A stretch of 64,000 nucleotides of DNA from a virus, in IMG/VR virus record IMGVR_UViG_3300037042_004000, positions 1 through 64,000 of that record; one strand, given 5' to 3'. The notes under the pieces were generated by a model. It searched no databases. It saw only the letters and a list, made by a program, of their open reading frames with translations, and was not told where the DNA came from. A program made the position numbers and the translations under genes. This document shows positions 16,530 to 27,625 of this stretch, in pieces. Each line of letters opens with the position of its first letter. Position 1 is the stretch's first letter.

Positions 16530-17161
16530 GTGCGTTTCCTTTTTCTTCTTAATACTTTGACTGGCGTTTCTTCTGGAGTTTTTTCTGCTGTTCTCCAAGG
16601 CTCTATTTGTTTATCGCTATAAGAAGGATTTTTATAAACTCTTACAACGATTTGAAGAGGTGGTAATCCATCTGTTCCTGGTTTTACACTAAGTAGTTCT
16701 GGTTTGGGTGCATATACAGGATTTAAGTTAAAATCTTTTATTTGGTTTCTAATTTCGGGAGAAGCAGACCACTTTTGTTTAATTTCTTTCAAAATACCTC
16801 TTAATAGAGTTCCGTCATTCATTTTAATTTTATTCAATTCCAACCAATCTTGTTCTGCTGTGAATTCAAAAGTTTTGAAATCTTCACCTTCTTTTTTATT
16901 AACGTCTCCGTAATATCTCTTCCAATCAATGCCTTGTGCATAAGCAGGTTGTGAAGATTGTGGAGTGGCAGCATTCATGGCATCTACAGGGCCTTTAAAA
17001 ATAGCCCCTAATGCTCGGCCAGCTAAATCTTCTCCTTGATATCCCTTTTCAGCCATGTCTTTTTGCGAAGATTGAGCTTTCCATAATGGTGATTTTGCAT
17101 AATGAGATCTTGTACCCAAACGAATAGGAGTTTCACTTAGTATCCAATGTTTAAAATCCAT
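16526..17161 (-). CDS. Cargo-motif protein with a basic tail
   Basis: MDFKHWILSE start. Confidence 0.65.
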   Translation of the reverse strand: MDFKHWILSETPIRLGTRSHYAKSPLWKAQSSQKDMAEKGYQGEDLAGRALGAIFKGPVDAMNAATPQSSQPAYAQGIDWKRYYGDVNKKEGEDFKTFEFTAEQDWLELNKIKMNDGTLLRGILKEIKQKWSASPEIRNQIKDFNLNPVYAPKPELLSVKPGTDGLPPLQIVVRVYKNPSYSDKQIEPWRTAEKTPEETPVKVLRRKRKRT

Positions 17162-17207
17162 GTTTAGTTGTTCCAATATATTTAAGCTGCTATTCATATA
17201 TATTATC

Positions 17208-17672
17208 ATGGACGAAAAAGTAATTGAAACAATAGAAGAAGATATTGGAAATCTTATTCCACAAATGAATATCTCGGCACCAGCAATTGTTGAAGAAAAG
17301 CAATTAATTGAGGATGAGGCATTATTAGGCATTTATAACGAAATTATGGAAGACCTGAGAAAAGATACTGTGCAAATTGATTATTTTATTAATAATTTTG
17401 CTGATGGTCTTGCTAATGGTGGCGATGCATCTACATCAAGTAAAGAAGCGTTGGTAAATCTTTTAAAGATAAAATCCGACATGCCAGATAAAAAAGCAAA
17501 GATAGCCGATTTAATGACGAGGATTAAATTAAAGCAACCTGATACATATAAGCCATATTTGACAGCTAAACAAGAAAATAAGACAACGATTAATATATCT
17601 TCTAGTAAGAAGACTCTTTTAAAGAAGATACAAAATGCCGCTTTAAAAAACAAAGAGGGAACCGATGAATAA
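17208..17672 (+). CDS. Helical hypothetical protein
   Basis: TATATA-N5-ATG start. Confidence 0.6.
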   Translation: MDEKVIETIEEDIGNLIPQMNISAPAIVEEKQLIEDEALLGIYNEIMEDLRKDTVQIDYFINNFADGLANGGDASTSSKEALVNLLKIKSDMPDKKAKIADLMTRIKLKQPDTYKPYLTAKQENKTTINISSSKKTLLKKIQNAALKNKEGTDE

Positions 17673-18975
17673 TTTAGTATTTACAGATTGGTTACTAGAA
17701 CAAGACATGCCAGCAATGGGAGGTCAACCTGATCCAATGGCTGGACAAGCTCCAGGAGTTGATCCTACAAATGCTGCTGAACCACCTCCTCAAAGTAGTC
17801 CACCATCTGGAATGCAGCCTAATCAAAATGATCCAAATATTACTCAGCAAGCAGGACAGCCAGAAGATGTTACTCAAGACCCTCAATCGCCTGATATGCC
17901 AGAGGAAAATGAAGAAGAAGATTTTGAAACATGGAAAATCAAATATTTTAAAGCATCCGTTAAAGGTGATTCCAATGAACTAATTGATATCTTGAATGAA
18001 AAAAGAGATTCAATGGATCTTACACCTGTTCAACATAAATTTATAGAAGATAATTTCAACATTCAATTGTTACGACAAAACTCTAACATTGAAAAGGCAT
18101 CTAAAGAGATTAGAAAACTTATAAAGGATCAAATAGATAAAAACAATCCAGCAACTACTGTTGTGAATCACATGTTTTCTGTTTTAGAGACAATCCCTCA
18201 ACTTAATCAAATATACATTAAGTGCAATGGTTATGGTGGAATGAAACAAGATTTACATCGTAAATTTATTGCTGCGTTGTTAGGGGCTGTGCAAGTTGGA
18301 ACTGGCGCAAATGCTGAAGATGTTATTTTTAATGAACGAGAATATTCAATTATGATTTCTACCCGATTCAATGCTCGTTGGGGTGATGTGAATTTGGGAG
18401 ATTGGAGTTTGAGAGAGGATGATGCAGAAAGATATTTATCGGAACCAGAACAAAAAAGGATGACGGGTAATGGCTCGCCAGAAGAAAAAGACGTGCTGCG
18501 AAGAAGAGTGGTATTGGAATCCATTGCAGATCAGTTTAAACAAAGGGCTTTTATCATTAATGTAATGGGAGAGAATGGAACTGTTTATACTCTTGGTTGG
18601 GATATTAGCAATGCTTTGAAACAAGCTTATCAAGAGGGAAGATTGGTAGTTAGAACCAGACGGTCTGATAATAGTCAGGCAATGATAACTGACGAAGGCA
18701 AAATTGTTCCATTTATTGATTTGGCTATTAATTATGTAAAAGAAACTGGTGAACAAGATGAGGATGGACAACCAGCAACGGAAGAATTGGAATTTATGAG
18801 AAGGCAGAATGGGCGTTTATATTTAGTGGCAGCACTAGGAACCATTAAAGAAGCCGCACAGGGACTTGCTGGCACAACATTCCAAGAGACACCTTATTCT
18901 GGTAATCCAAGCGACCTTCGCACGATCCAAAGATGCGTGTATTCTACGAGTGACATGGTCCTAAGAAGCTGTTAA
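17665..18975 (+). CDS. Cargo-motif protein with a P/Q-rich linker; putative head core/internal protein
   Basis: FTDWLLE followed by a low-complexity PQ segment and a globular domain. Confidence 0.6.
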   Translation: MNNLVFTDWLLEQDMPAMGGQPDPMAGQAPGVDPTNAAEPPPQSSPPSGMQPNQNDPNITQQAGQPEDVTQDPQSPDMPEENEEEDFETWKIKYFKASVKGDSNELIDILNEKRDSMDLTPVQHKFIEDNFNIQLLRQNSNIEKASKEIRKLIKDQIDKNNPATTVVNHMFSVLETIPQLNQIYIKCNGYGGMKQDLHRKFIAALLGAVQVGTGANAEDVIFNEREYSIMISTRFNARWGDVNLGDWSLREDDAERYLSEPEQKRMTGNGSPEEKDVLRRRVVLESIADQFKQRAFIINVMGENGTVYTLGWDISNALKQAYQEGRLVVRTRRSDNSQAMITDEGKIVPFIDLAINYVKETGEQDEDGQPATEELEFMRRQNGRLYLVAALGTIKEAAQGLAGTTFQETPYSGNPSDLRTIQRCVYSTSDMVLRSC

Positions 18976-18991
18976 AAACAAGAGGAAAATC

Positions 18992-19483
18992 ATGGGAAGT
19001 TTTGGACAATTTGTAGACAAAAAAACAAGAGCCGCTCGTAAAAATTTAGGGGTGGTAGAACGAGTATTAAAGACAGGTGGGTTTGATATTAAGAACCACT
19101 TGGAAGAAGAAGAACCATATTTATTTTTACCAAGTCCTACCAAGAGAACATCTTTTGGTGGCATACGCATTTATAAAATTGGAGAAAGCATTGCATACAG
19201 AGTTCAAAAAGAAGAGAAGACACATCCTTATGGTAAAGCTTATCGCTTAGACATTAAAGAGATGTATGATGATTTGCTATCTGATGATGAAATGACAGAA
19301 AAGAAAGCAGCGAAAGAAGTAATTGAATCCGTATTAAAAGAGTTTAATAAGTTTTTTGAAAAGAGTTGTGAAGCTGACCGAGAAATGAGAGATCAAGATT
19401 TTGACCAACAGGGAGACCCATTGGGCAGAGTAATGGTTAGAAGCACTGGAACAGATTACAGCAACACTTTGAGAAACAGTTGA
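18992..19483 (+). CDS. Hypothetical protein
   Basis: GAGG RBS; MGSFGQFVD. Confidence 0.65.
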   Translation: MGSFGQFVDKKTRAARKNLGVVERVLKTGGFDIKNHLEEEEPYLFLPSPTKRTSFGGIRIYKIGESIAYRVQKEEKTHPYGKAYRLDIKEMYDDLLSDDEMTEKKAAKEVIESVLKEFNKFFEKSCEADREMRDQDFDQQGDPLGRVMVRSTGTDYSNTLRNS

Positions 19484-19505
19484 CATAAAGCATAAATAAT
19501 ATGCA

Positions 19506-20105
19506 ATGCCTTTTAATCCACAAGCAAGAAAAATATATCAATCTCTCTCAAACATATTAAGAGATATAAGTCAGAATTCGGAATATGTGAAGGGATTTAA
19601 TCTTCCGAGAGGTTCGATTGTAACTTTTCATTATGCTTTGTGGAAGCATGATCCATATCCTACCTTAATAGTAACCGATGCAGTTCCTCCACAATATGGC
19701 AAGGATGGCATGTTGAGAGGAATAAATATTAACTATATTACATTTAACATGTTTAGACAAAAAATATTAAATAATTGTGGTAATCCCAGTTTTTCTTATA
19801 GAACGTCGATTATAGGAGATATGTATTTAAGGCGGGCATTTAGAAGATATAAGTGGAACGCCAATAACGTAAGATTATTACAAATGTTTGATGTAAAAGA
19901 AATAATAGAGAAAGCAGGAATTGTTAGGGCTTATGATCCATCACAGGCTCAAACGATTAAAGAGTCGATTAAGAGGCAGTTAGCATTGCCATTTGGGCAA
20001 CAGAGTGCCACTGAGATGGCTCAACCACAACAACAGCAACAATTTGTTAGTAAACCAATTCCAGGACAAGGGACTGTTCCAGGAATACCAACAGGACAAC
20101 AATAA
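19506..20105 (+). CDS. T4 gp2-like DNA end protector protein
   Basis: FHY..HDPYPTLIV...GININYI...FRRY parallels the gp2 pattern. Confidence 0.5.
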   Translation: MPFNPQARKIYQSLSNILRDISQNSEYVKGFNLPRGSIVTFHYALWKHDPYPTLIVTDAVPPQYGKDGMLRGININYITFNMFRQKILNNCGNPSFSYRTSIIGDMYLRRAFRRYKWNANNVRLLQMFDVKEIIEKAGIVRAYDPSQAQTIKESIKRQLALPFGQQSATEMAQPQQQQQFVSKPIPGQGTVPGIPTGQQ

Positions 20106-20108
20106 ACG

Positions 20109-23108
20109 ATGGCACCGATTACACCAATTACACCAGAAGCCTTTGATAAAATAGAAGAATCTTTAGACAAACAATCCAAATTGTCTGCAAAGGGTGCTAC
20201 ATTACTTAAACAGATAAAAGATTTGTTAACGGCATTGGGAAGAGGAACAGTTAAAGATTTTGATAAACTTATAAACGAGATGAAGGCTGTTTCAAAGGCA
20301 ACTGCTGCAAGTAAAGCTGCTGCTGGAACTGTTGGAAAGAAGGGCGGAATAGATTTAGACAAGGCAGCAATTGCAAAATCTGGTAGTGATGCTGGTTCAT
20401 TGTTTGCAAAAATGTTTGGTAAATCTGGGAAAATGGGGAAGGGAAACGCCATATTGACAGGCACCGTTGGATTAATAGGCGAAGCTTCTAAAGAAATGGA
20501 TGTATGGGGAAGGTTGTTTAAAGGAGTCATTAAAGACGAGTGGGAGTACATGAGTAACATGCGACAAATAGGATTTGTCACACAAGGTATAACATCGGAA
20601 ACCAATGATTTGCAGGAAGCCTTTCAAGATATGGGCAGTGGACTTAGGGCTGTTCAAGAGACTGGACAAGATTTAACTACCAATCAAAGAGCATATGCTG
20701 CTTTAGTAAGACAAGGATCAAAGGCTAACAAAGAGACCTTGAGAATATCTAAAACTAGTTTAGCTCTTGGAACATTGATTGGAGGAAATGCCGAAGATAC
20801 GGCAGCGGTGTCTCAAGAAATGACGGAAATCATGGGCAAGTGGAACAGAGAGTTAAGTTTAGGGTCTAATCAAATTTCTGATATTTCAAGAGGTATTCAA
20901 GCAACAGCTAGAGGCACTGGACTTATGGGTAAAGAACTAACGGCTGTTGTTAAGTCTATGGATGTGCTGATGAAAGACATGAGAAACGCTAACACCCTAA
21001 CAGCAAGTGCGGCAAAGGCTATGATAGCACTTGCTGCAAGTGCTCATAAATTGGGTGTAGGGGAGTCAATGGAGAAATTACAAGCCGCAATGGTCAATCC
21101 TTGGAAACTTCTTAATGAGACTAGTGCGGAAGATAGAAACTACATGATGATGATTGCGTCTAGGATGGGAAAAACTAATCAATTACTTGCAGGCACAATG
21201 GGGACAACAAAAGGATTTAAAGAAATGGCTGGTAGTGCCAAAACTATGGCAGAAAATATAGCCGGAATGTCATTTGACCAACTTGAAAAACTCAGCAAGT
21301 CTAACCGACAAGCAGATAAAGAAAGGATGATGCAAATTAACCAAGCTTTAATGAAAGCGACTGGAAGGCAATTTGGGCAAATGCAGCAAGAGATTAAGGC
21401 ATGGGAAGAAGCTGGTAAAACTTTTGCTCAAAAATCAGCAGAAATGAAAAAAGCATTAAAAGAGCCTCTTTCAACCTCGAAAAAGAAAAAACTGACAGAC
21501 GATTTAAACCAGGCTGGGATCGTTGCTGCATTTGATCTTATGACACAAATAGAAGAGGCAACTGCTAGCACTAAAGATCTTGGTAAGGCTACTAAAGAAG
21601 TGTTAGGTGATAAAAAATTTGCAGAAGATTTGAAAGCCTTAGAAATAGATGTGACTAAATTAACTACTGCTCCGATGGAAGCTTTTATGGAGACAGCAAT
21701 GAGGGCCAATAAAGGAATGAAAGGCATGGATGCTAGTGCAAGAGATTTTTCAAAAGATATAGCTAAAGTAGCTGCTTCAGGCGATCTTATTGCAATGAAA
21801 GATTTGTTAGAAAATATGAGTGTTGAAAATGATGAAATAATGAAACGTAAAAGGAAAGGAGTAACGCCAGAAGAAAAAGCCTTAGATGCTTTAAATCAAA
21901 TTAACGGTTACTTGAGAGAAGAAATTGGTCCTTGGGTAAGATATCTTTCTGGCGCAATGATAGCTTTGGAATTAATTGGTGGATTATTGGGTGGGGCGTG
22001 GGGGCTAAAAACACTTTATACATTAATTGCTGGCAAGGGCGCTCTGGGAGGCGTGGTAAGTCTTGCAGGAGGTGCTGGTGGTCTTATATCTAAAATTGCT
22101 TCTCCTATTACCAAGTTAATTCCATTTTTAGGCCCGGCTGGGCCTTTGATAGTTGGATTGGCTGCTTTGGGAGCGATAATTTATGGAGCGTCTAAAATTT
22201 GGGAAGCTTGGAAAGATAGTGAATTAGCAGCTAAGAAAAACGAGGAAACAAAAAAACTTTCCGATAAAACTGTTGCAAAAGTTGCGTCTAATATGGCGCA
22301 TGGAAAAAGTATAGTTGAAAAGGCTGGTAGTCCTGAAGAAAAGTTAAAAGAATTAAATTTTCAAGAAAAACTGGTTTCTGGAAGCTTAAAAGATCGAACT
22401 AAAAAGGCTACAGAGGCTAAAAAAGACGTAGAATCTTATAGTTGGTATCAACAATGGGGTAGTGATTACGAAACTTCCGTAAAACTTTCTGCGAATTTAG
22501 ACAAAGAAATTACTACTAGAAAATCACAGTTAGAAGATATTAGAAAACAAAAAAAAGCACTTGAAGAGGCCGGTGTTAAAGCATTGCCGCCTGATTCGCC
22601 TGACAAATTTAAGAAAGTGGTTGCAACGGCAACTGATAAAGTGGCTGCTAAAGATGCAGGTAAAAACTTGGATAAAATTGGTGATGCGGCAGATGCAGCA
22701 ACTACCGAGGGAAGTATTTATGTTCATGATATTGCTCTTGAGAAAATTTTATCTAGTTTTTTAATGGGACCAAATGAATCTGCTGCGTCTGTCAGTTCCA
22801 TGCCAATGTTAACTGAGGGTGAGCGAGCGGAAAAAATGCAACAAGGGTTTAAGTTGGAAGGAGAGGGAGATAATTCATTAACTTCCATTGCCAAATTTAA
22901 TGAAGAACAAGTAGTATTATTAAGTTCAATTAATGAAGGTATACAATTGTTGGCTAATTTGTGGAAACCATCATCTGCTAAAGCTAGTCAAACAGATGCG
23001 GGGGGATCAAACAATACAGGATCGCCTGGAAGAGTTGCTGCCGATTATGGTAGGTGGCCAGTATTGCAAAGTCATGGTGCTAGTACAGGAGTTATTGCAA
23101 ATGCCTAA
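20109..23108 (+). CDS. Tail tape measure protein
   Basis: 999 aa, helical, rich in A/K/M with a Gly-rich hydrophobic stretch; directly upstream of the baseplate genes. Confidence 0.8.
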   Translation: MAPITPITPEAFDKIEESLDKQSKLSAKGATLLKQIKDLLTALGRGTVKDFDKLINEMKAVSKATAASKAAAGTVGKKGGIDLDKAAIAKSGSDAGSLFAKMFGKSGKMGKGNAILTGTVGLIGEASKEMDVWGRLFKGVIKDEWEYMSNMRQIGFVTQGITSETNDLQEAFQDMGSGLRAVQETGQDLTTNQRAYAALVRQGSKANKETLRISKTSLALGTLIGGNAEDTAAVSQEMTEIMGKWNRELSLGSNQISDISRGIQATARGTGLMGKELTAVVKSMDVLMKDMRNANTLTASAAKAMIALAASAHKLGVGESMEKLQAAMVNPWKLLNETSAEDRNYMMMIASRMGKTNQLLAGTMGTTKGFKEMAGSAKTMAENIAGMSFDQLEKLSKSNRQADKERMMQINQALMKATGRQFGQMQQEIKAWEEAGKTFAQKSAEMKKALKEPLSTSKKKKLTDDLNQAGIVAAFDLMTQIEEATASTKDLGKATKEVLGDKKFAEDLKALEIDVTKLTTAPMEAFMETAMRANKGMKGMDASARDFSKDIAKVAASGDLIAMKDLLENMSVENDEIMKRKRKGVTPEEKALDALNQINGYLREEIGPWVRYLSGAMIALELIGGLLGGAWGLKTLYTLIAGKGALGGVVSLAGGAGGLISKIASPITKLIPFLGPAGPLIVGLAALGAIIYGASKIWEAWKDSELAAKKNEETKKLSDKTVAKVASNMAHGKSIVEKAGSPEEKLKELNFQEKLVSGSLKDRTKKATEAKKDVESYSWYQQWGSDYETSVKLSANLDKEITTRKSQLEDIRKQKKALEEAGVKALPPDSPDKFKKVVATATDKVAAKDAGKNLDKIGDAADAATTEGSIYVHDIALEKILSSFLMGPNESAASVSSMPMLTEGERAEKMQQGFKLEGEGDNSLTSIAKFNEEQVVLLSSINEGIQLLANLWKPSSAKASQTDAGGSNNTGSPGRVAADYGRWPVLQSHGASTGVIANA

Positions 23109-23649
23109 AGCTACAAATAATGGTAAATTAAACAAATTAGATGATAATAAATTTTATATTCTCATACCAAAAAATGGGGGTTTACCAGAGCGTAAAATTT
23201 CGTTTTATGTATTGCCAGAAATTTCAGATTCTAAGTCAGCGGTATATGCAGATGAATCAATTATGGGAAGATCAATGCCACTAAAAACCTATTCTTATTC
23301 TGACAATAGAAGCATTGGTGTTAATATACATTTTTTGGTAACTAGTCAAAAGGATATTAGTGAAAACATTACGGCTATGCGATCTTTACAAAGTTGTGTA
23401 TATCCAGGTGAAGAAGGTAATTTCCCATTTACTCCTCCACCTGTATGTAAGATAAAATTTGGAGATATATTGGGCAGCAAGCCGTTGTGTTGTGTGCTTA
23501 AGTCCTATTCTGTAAAATTTCCAACTGAAGTAGCATGGGATGCGACTTATTTTATACCATACAAATTTGATATGGATACAAATTGGGATGTTGTTTACAA
23601 CAGTATGGATCTTCCAAGCTCTACTAGAATTTTACAGTTCGGAGTATAA
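23101..23649 (+). CDS. Tail tube initiator/baseplate tube-like protein (start revised)
   Basis: ISDSKSA.Y...IMGRS.P...YS...PPVCKIKFG; follows the tape measure gene. Confidence 0.65.
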   Translation: MPKATNNGKLNKLDDNKFYILIPKNGGLPERKISFYVLPEISDSKSAVYADESIMGRSMPLKTYSYSDNRSIGVNIHFLVTSQKDISENITAMRSLQSCVYPGEEGNFPFTPPPVCKIKFGDILGSKPLCCVLKSYSVKFPTEVAWDATYFIPYKFDMDTNWDVVYNSMDLPSSTRILQFGV

Positions 23650-23651
23650 AG

Positions 23652-23978
23652 ATGGCAAACAAAATAGAAATTACAACAATAGATCCCCAAAAAAATGGTT
23701 TGGCAGCTCCAATGAGTCGATACACTACTAGCCAAGTAATTTATTATGGCGATGCTAAAAAAATGACTTATGCAACATATGTGAAAAATGTTGCAAATAT
23801 AAATAAATCAGATAGATATGCCGTTATTCCGCCTGGATATGAGTATCGTCCTGATCGAGCTTCTATTGAAGCTTACGGTATACCGGATTTGTGGTGGAAA
23901 ATTATGGAAGCCAATAATATAAAAGACATATTTGATTTTAAAGCCGGGAGAACAATCAGATTACCGGAGAACATTTAA
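23652..23978 (+). CDS. gp53/LysM-like baseplate wedge protein
   Basis: RPDRAS..AYG.PDLWWKIMEANNI.D...G..IRLP. Confidence 0.8.
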   Translation: MANKIEITTIDPQKNGLAAPMSRYTTSQVIYYGDAKKMTYATYVKNVANINKSDRYAVIPPGYEYRPDRASIEAYGIPDLWWKIMEANNIKDIFDFKAGRTIRLPENI

Positions 23979-25387
23979 TGGCGCAAGATACATATGAATG
24001 TCTGAGAGATTGCATAGCCGACTACGGTAGTATTAAGCCATTATTTCTGCCTGGAGTGGGAAGTAATGGTGATTATTCTAGGAGGAATAATGTGATGTCT
24101 CCATTTGTCACTGTGGATTTTATGGGAGGTGGAGGCAATCTTACCGTAGGCAACAAATCTTCTCCCGACGTAGATAACCACGCTATTATTAAAAGTTTTG
24201 AGTGTGGTACGTCTGATGGAATGGCATGTTCAATAGAAATTTTTGATGAAGAGGGAGGGAAATTTCAGCAAGTTTTTCGCCGTCTCACAAAAAAGATGAC
24301 AAATATTGACGATTATAAAATGAAAATAGACTTCGGATGGTTGATGACAGATTGTAATGGACAGACATCAAAGTGGGGAACTTCACAATCAATTTACATG
24401 CTTCCATTCCAAATTGAAGTAAATTATATTCAAGGTAAAATCAAATATTTGGTAACTGGAAATGATGTTATGAACGGCAGTTTTAATACAAGATACACGA
24501 AACCTCTAGGAGATGATAAATACAGCAAACTTTCTCTTAAAGATGCCATTAGAAAGCTTTGTAAAGATGAAGATCCTAAAATTAATGTGGAATTTAAAAA
24601 AAAGGGGGCTGAAGAAGAATGGGACTTTAAAGGTGATCCCAAGGATAGTTGGAAAACAAATAATGAAGATAAATTATCTATTATAAGACGTTGGATTAGA
24701 CCTTACCGAACTATAGATGATAAGGGAATTATAATTACTTGGAATAACACAGAAGAGAAACCCACATTAATTCTTTGGGAAGATCCTGGTGAAGAGTGGG
24801 GAAAACCTATTGGAACCTTTATTGTTAATGGGGGCAAATGCAGTAATGTTCTAGAATTTAGCCCTAAGTATAATTTTACGATAGGAATGGCGACCAAATC
24901 TGTTGGTGGTTATAGTGGTGGCGCAACATCTGGCGGACCAGTAGATATTAAAAAAGATATTACAAAAGAAAAAACCACAGAAGGTATTTTAAAAGCAATA
25001 ACTGTCCCTTCTCATGTTATAAACACTGAAGGTACAAAAGATGCTGGAAAACAAGTTGCCACATCTGAAGAGGCGAACAGCAAAGCAAATGCCGCAAGTG
25101 AACAATTGAATCAAGTAGATGCTGAAATGCGAATACATGGCAATCCGTCTTTGAAATTGTGTAGTATTATAGAAATGTTAAACGCAAGGGTCGCCATTGT
25201 AGTCATTAATCCTTTTCATTTATTTGGTGGAGAAGGAGAATGTGGGAAATGGTTGGCCAAACCTATGTGTAATGATATTTTATCAAGTAAAGATTGGATG
25301 ATAATGGGAGTATCTCACTCTATTAGAGAAGGTAGTTTCACAACTACTTTAAAGCTTTATTTGCCTGCTAGGAGCATACCAATTTAA
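23978..25387 (+). CDS. Baseplate hub (gp27/gpD-like)
   Basis: IHGNPSL; WMIMGVSHSIREGSFTTTLKL; synteny. Confidence 0.7.
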   Translation: MAQDTYECLRDCIADYGSIKPLFLPGVGSNGDYSRRNNVMSPFVTVDFMGGGGNLTVGNKSSPDVDNHAIIKSFECGTSDGMACSIEIFDEEGGKFQQVFRRLTKKMTNIDDYKMKIDFGWLMTDCNGQTSKWGTSQSIYMLPFQIEVNYIQGKIKYLVTGNDVMNGSFNTRYTKPLGDDKYSKLSLKDAIRKLCKDEDPKINVEFKKKGAEEEWDFKGDPKDSWKTNNEDKLSIIRRWIRPYRTIDDKGIIITWNNTEEKPTLILWEDPGEEWGKPIGTFIVNGGKCSNVLEFSPKYNFTIGMATKSVGGYSGGATSGGPVDIKKDITKEKTTEGILKAITVPSHVINTEGTKDAGKQVATSEEANSKANAASEQLNQVDAEMRIHGNPSLKLCSIIEMLNARVAIVVINPFHLFGGEGECGKWLAKPMCNDILSSKDWMIMGVSHSIREGSFTTTLKLYLPARSIPI

Positions 25388-27229
25388 ATGTATAAAATTG
25401 ATGACATAGAATATCGTTTGACTGCAATTGAAAATCGTTTTGGCGACTTAGGCTATGATTTTAAGAAAATAGTAACTAGCGAACTTAAAAGACGTTGGAG
25501 ACATATTTCGCAAAATGAATCATATTTTGGATTGTATACAGCACTGTGTATAGACACTCAAGATCCGTATCAACAAGGTAGAGTTAGGTTCTTCTCCCCG
25601 GTATTTAATGAAGTTGATGCACCTATTGAAAGCTTAGATTGGGCTTACCCTATTACACCTATGGGAGGATTAGATGATTCGGGATTAGTTTGGGTTCCAC
25701 CTGTAGGAACAACTCTTTGTATTATATTTGAAAGAGGGTCAAGAGATGCACCTTATTATATAGGAACCACTTGGCATAGAGATAGAGGCCCTGATGGTGA
25801 GCATATTTGGGATTTTAATATCAAAGAATATTATGACTTGTATGAAGGACATAGGAAAGGATATTTAATACCGCCTAATGATGGCTCTCAAGTCATGCCT
25901 CCCTGGAATACAGATAATTATGAAGAAATAGATCAACCAAAATTAGTCGGTCCTCCCAAAACAAATAAATTTGCCTCTCCTAATCAATATGGATATAAAA
26001 CACCACAAAAAGCGATGGTCAAACATGTAGATGGCAATAAAGAGAAGGATTACAAATTCAAAAGAACTGAAATTCTTTCATCTTGTGGCAATGGAATGCT
26101 TTTCAAAGATGATCCAATGAACAAAAGTATTGATTGCATTCATCCAGATAAAGGAGGAAGCAACGAATATTTTAAACATGAAAATGAGTGCCGTCCATTT
26201 AAAGGCCCAGATACTCCTCAGAATAACAAGTATTCCCTTAATAATACAGGCGTTCAAATAATTTCTTGTTCGGGACATACAATTATTTTAGACGATAAGA
26301 TTAGTGGTGAAGGAGAGATCCCAGAATGGGAGAAAAGCATTGAGCCTTTTAATTTTGGAGATTTATATCAAGGTAAATTAAAGATAATTTCTACTACTGG
26401 ACATAGAATAGAATTAAGTGATGAAGAAGATGTGCCTGAAAACAGAGGGAAAAATAATTATATTAGATTATTATCTGCTTGTGGTAATTGTATTGAATTG
26501 AACGATCATACCGTGGATAGTACCTCTGCTGGTTCCGAAAGAGGTATTCATATCATCAGCACAAGCAAACATACTTTTGAGATGATAGATGAAGAGAATA
26601 CTCAAGCTAGTCCAGCAAGGGAAGAGATAGATAAACCAGATGATGAAGCAGAAGCTAATATTGACAGGGAAGATAGACCAGTAAGTCAAGCGAAAAAAGC
26701 ATTTGTTAGAATAAGAACTGGATATGGTTTAGAGTTAATGATGTCGGATGACAATAGTCAAGAGGAGACGAAACAACAATATATTCAAATTTATTGTCCT
26801 TTTACCACTTCTCAAGAAGATGGACCACACATAATGAGGTTCCAAGAGGGCAGTGGAGGCAATGGTTATGTGTTTTTAATGGTTGGTGGTTATTATCTTT
26901 GTTATACTAAAAAAGACAACATATCAATTGTTGGGGAAGAAAAAGATCCATCTGATTGGATTGTGGTTGTAAGTAAAAATAGTTTTATAATATCGAAGGA
27001 AAGTTATATAAACGTGTCTAAATCACATTTGTTTTTGGCAGATGAAGCTATATATTTATTAGCGGGGCATGATAATTTTGAATACAATCCAAAAGGTGAT
27101 CCATACATGTACCCCGTAATGTGTTTGGGTAAAAACGGAATCGTTTTCAGTGACAGAGTATATGTTTCTGCTTCCGATGCCGCCCAATTAGCACCTGTAT
27201 TTTTAATGTCGCCATTCGCCAAAGGATAA
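25388..27229 (+). CDS. Baseplate central spike (gp5/VgrG-like OB fold)
   Basis: DPYQQGRVRF...WA...VPPVGT..IIFERG...PYYIG; repeated GHxIxLxD. Confidence 0.85.
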   Translation: MYKIDDIEYRLTAIENRFGDLGYDFKKIVTSELKRRWRHISQNESYFGLYTALCIDTQDPYQQGRVRFFSPVFNEVDAPIESLDWAYPITPMGGLDDSGLVWVPPVGTTLCIIFERGSRDAPYYIGTTWHRDRGPDGEHIWDFNIKEYYDLYEGHRKGYLIPPNDGSQVMPPWNTDNYEEIDQPKLVGPPKTNKFASPNQYGYKTPQKAMVKHVDGNKEKDYKFKRTEILSSCGNGMLFKDDPMNKSIDCIHPDKGGSNEYFKHENECRPFKGPDTPQNNKYSLNNTGVQIISCSGHTIILDDKISGEGEIPEWEKSIEPFNFGDLYQGKLKIISTTGHRIELSDEEDVPENRGKNNYIRLLSACGNCIELNDHTVDSTSAGSERGIHIISTSKHTFEMIDEENTQASPAREEIDKPDDEAEANIDREDRPVSQAKKAFVRIRTGYGLELMMSDDNSQEETKQQYIQIYCPFTTSQEDGPHIMRFQEGSGGNGYVFLMVGGYYLCYTKKDNISIVGEEKDPSDWIVVVSKNSFIISKESYINVSKSHLFLADEAIYLLAGHDNFEYNPKGDPYMYPVMCLGKNGIVFSDRVYVSASDAAQLAPVFLMSPFAKG

Positions 27230-27231
27230 AA

Positions 27232-27624
27232 ATGGAAATATTTGGAGCACCATATCCGATAGAACAACACCCATTAGGGTTTTTTCATGTTCAAACTGGG
27301 TTGGATCAAACCAAATCAGATTTGTTAGCATTACTTTTAACTAATCCAAATGAAAGAATAATGCTTAACGATTTCGGCGTTCCATTAAGAAGGCTTATGT
27401 TTGAACAAAGTAGTGATATTTTAATAGAAGAAGCAAAAAGACTTATAACAATAGCTATAAGAACTTGGGAGCCTAGAGTAGAAATTGAAAATATTGATGT
27501 TTCTTTTGGAGAAGAAGAAGATGACCAAGTTCTATATATTAAAATTAAATTTTTTGATCCAAATAATATTACAGAATTACAAGAACTAGTGTTAGAACTA
27601 CCACTTAGTTCATCAGGAGCTTAA
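27232..27624 (+). CDS. gp25-like baseplate/sheath initiator
   Basis: LLLTNPNERIM..FG..L..LMFE...WEPRV. Confidence 0.9.
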   Translation: MEIFGAPYPIEQHPLGFFHVQTGLDQTKSDLLALLLTNPNERIMLNDFGVPLRRLMFEQSSDILIEEAKRLITIAIRTWEPRVEIENIDVSFGEEEDDQVLYIKIKFFDPNNITELQELVLELPLSSSGA

Positions 27625-27625
27625 G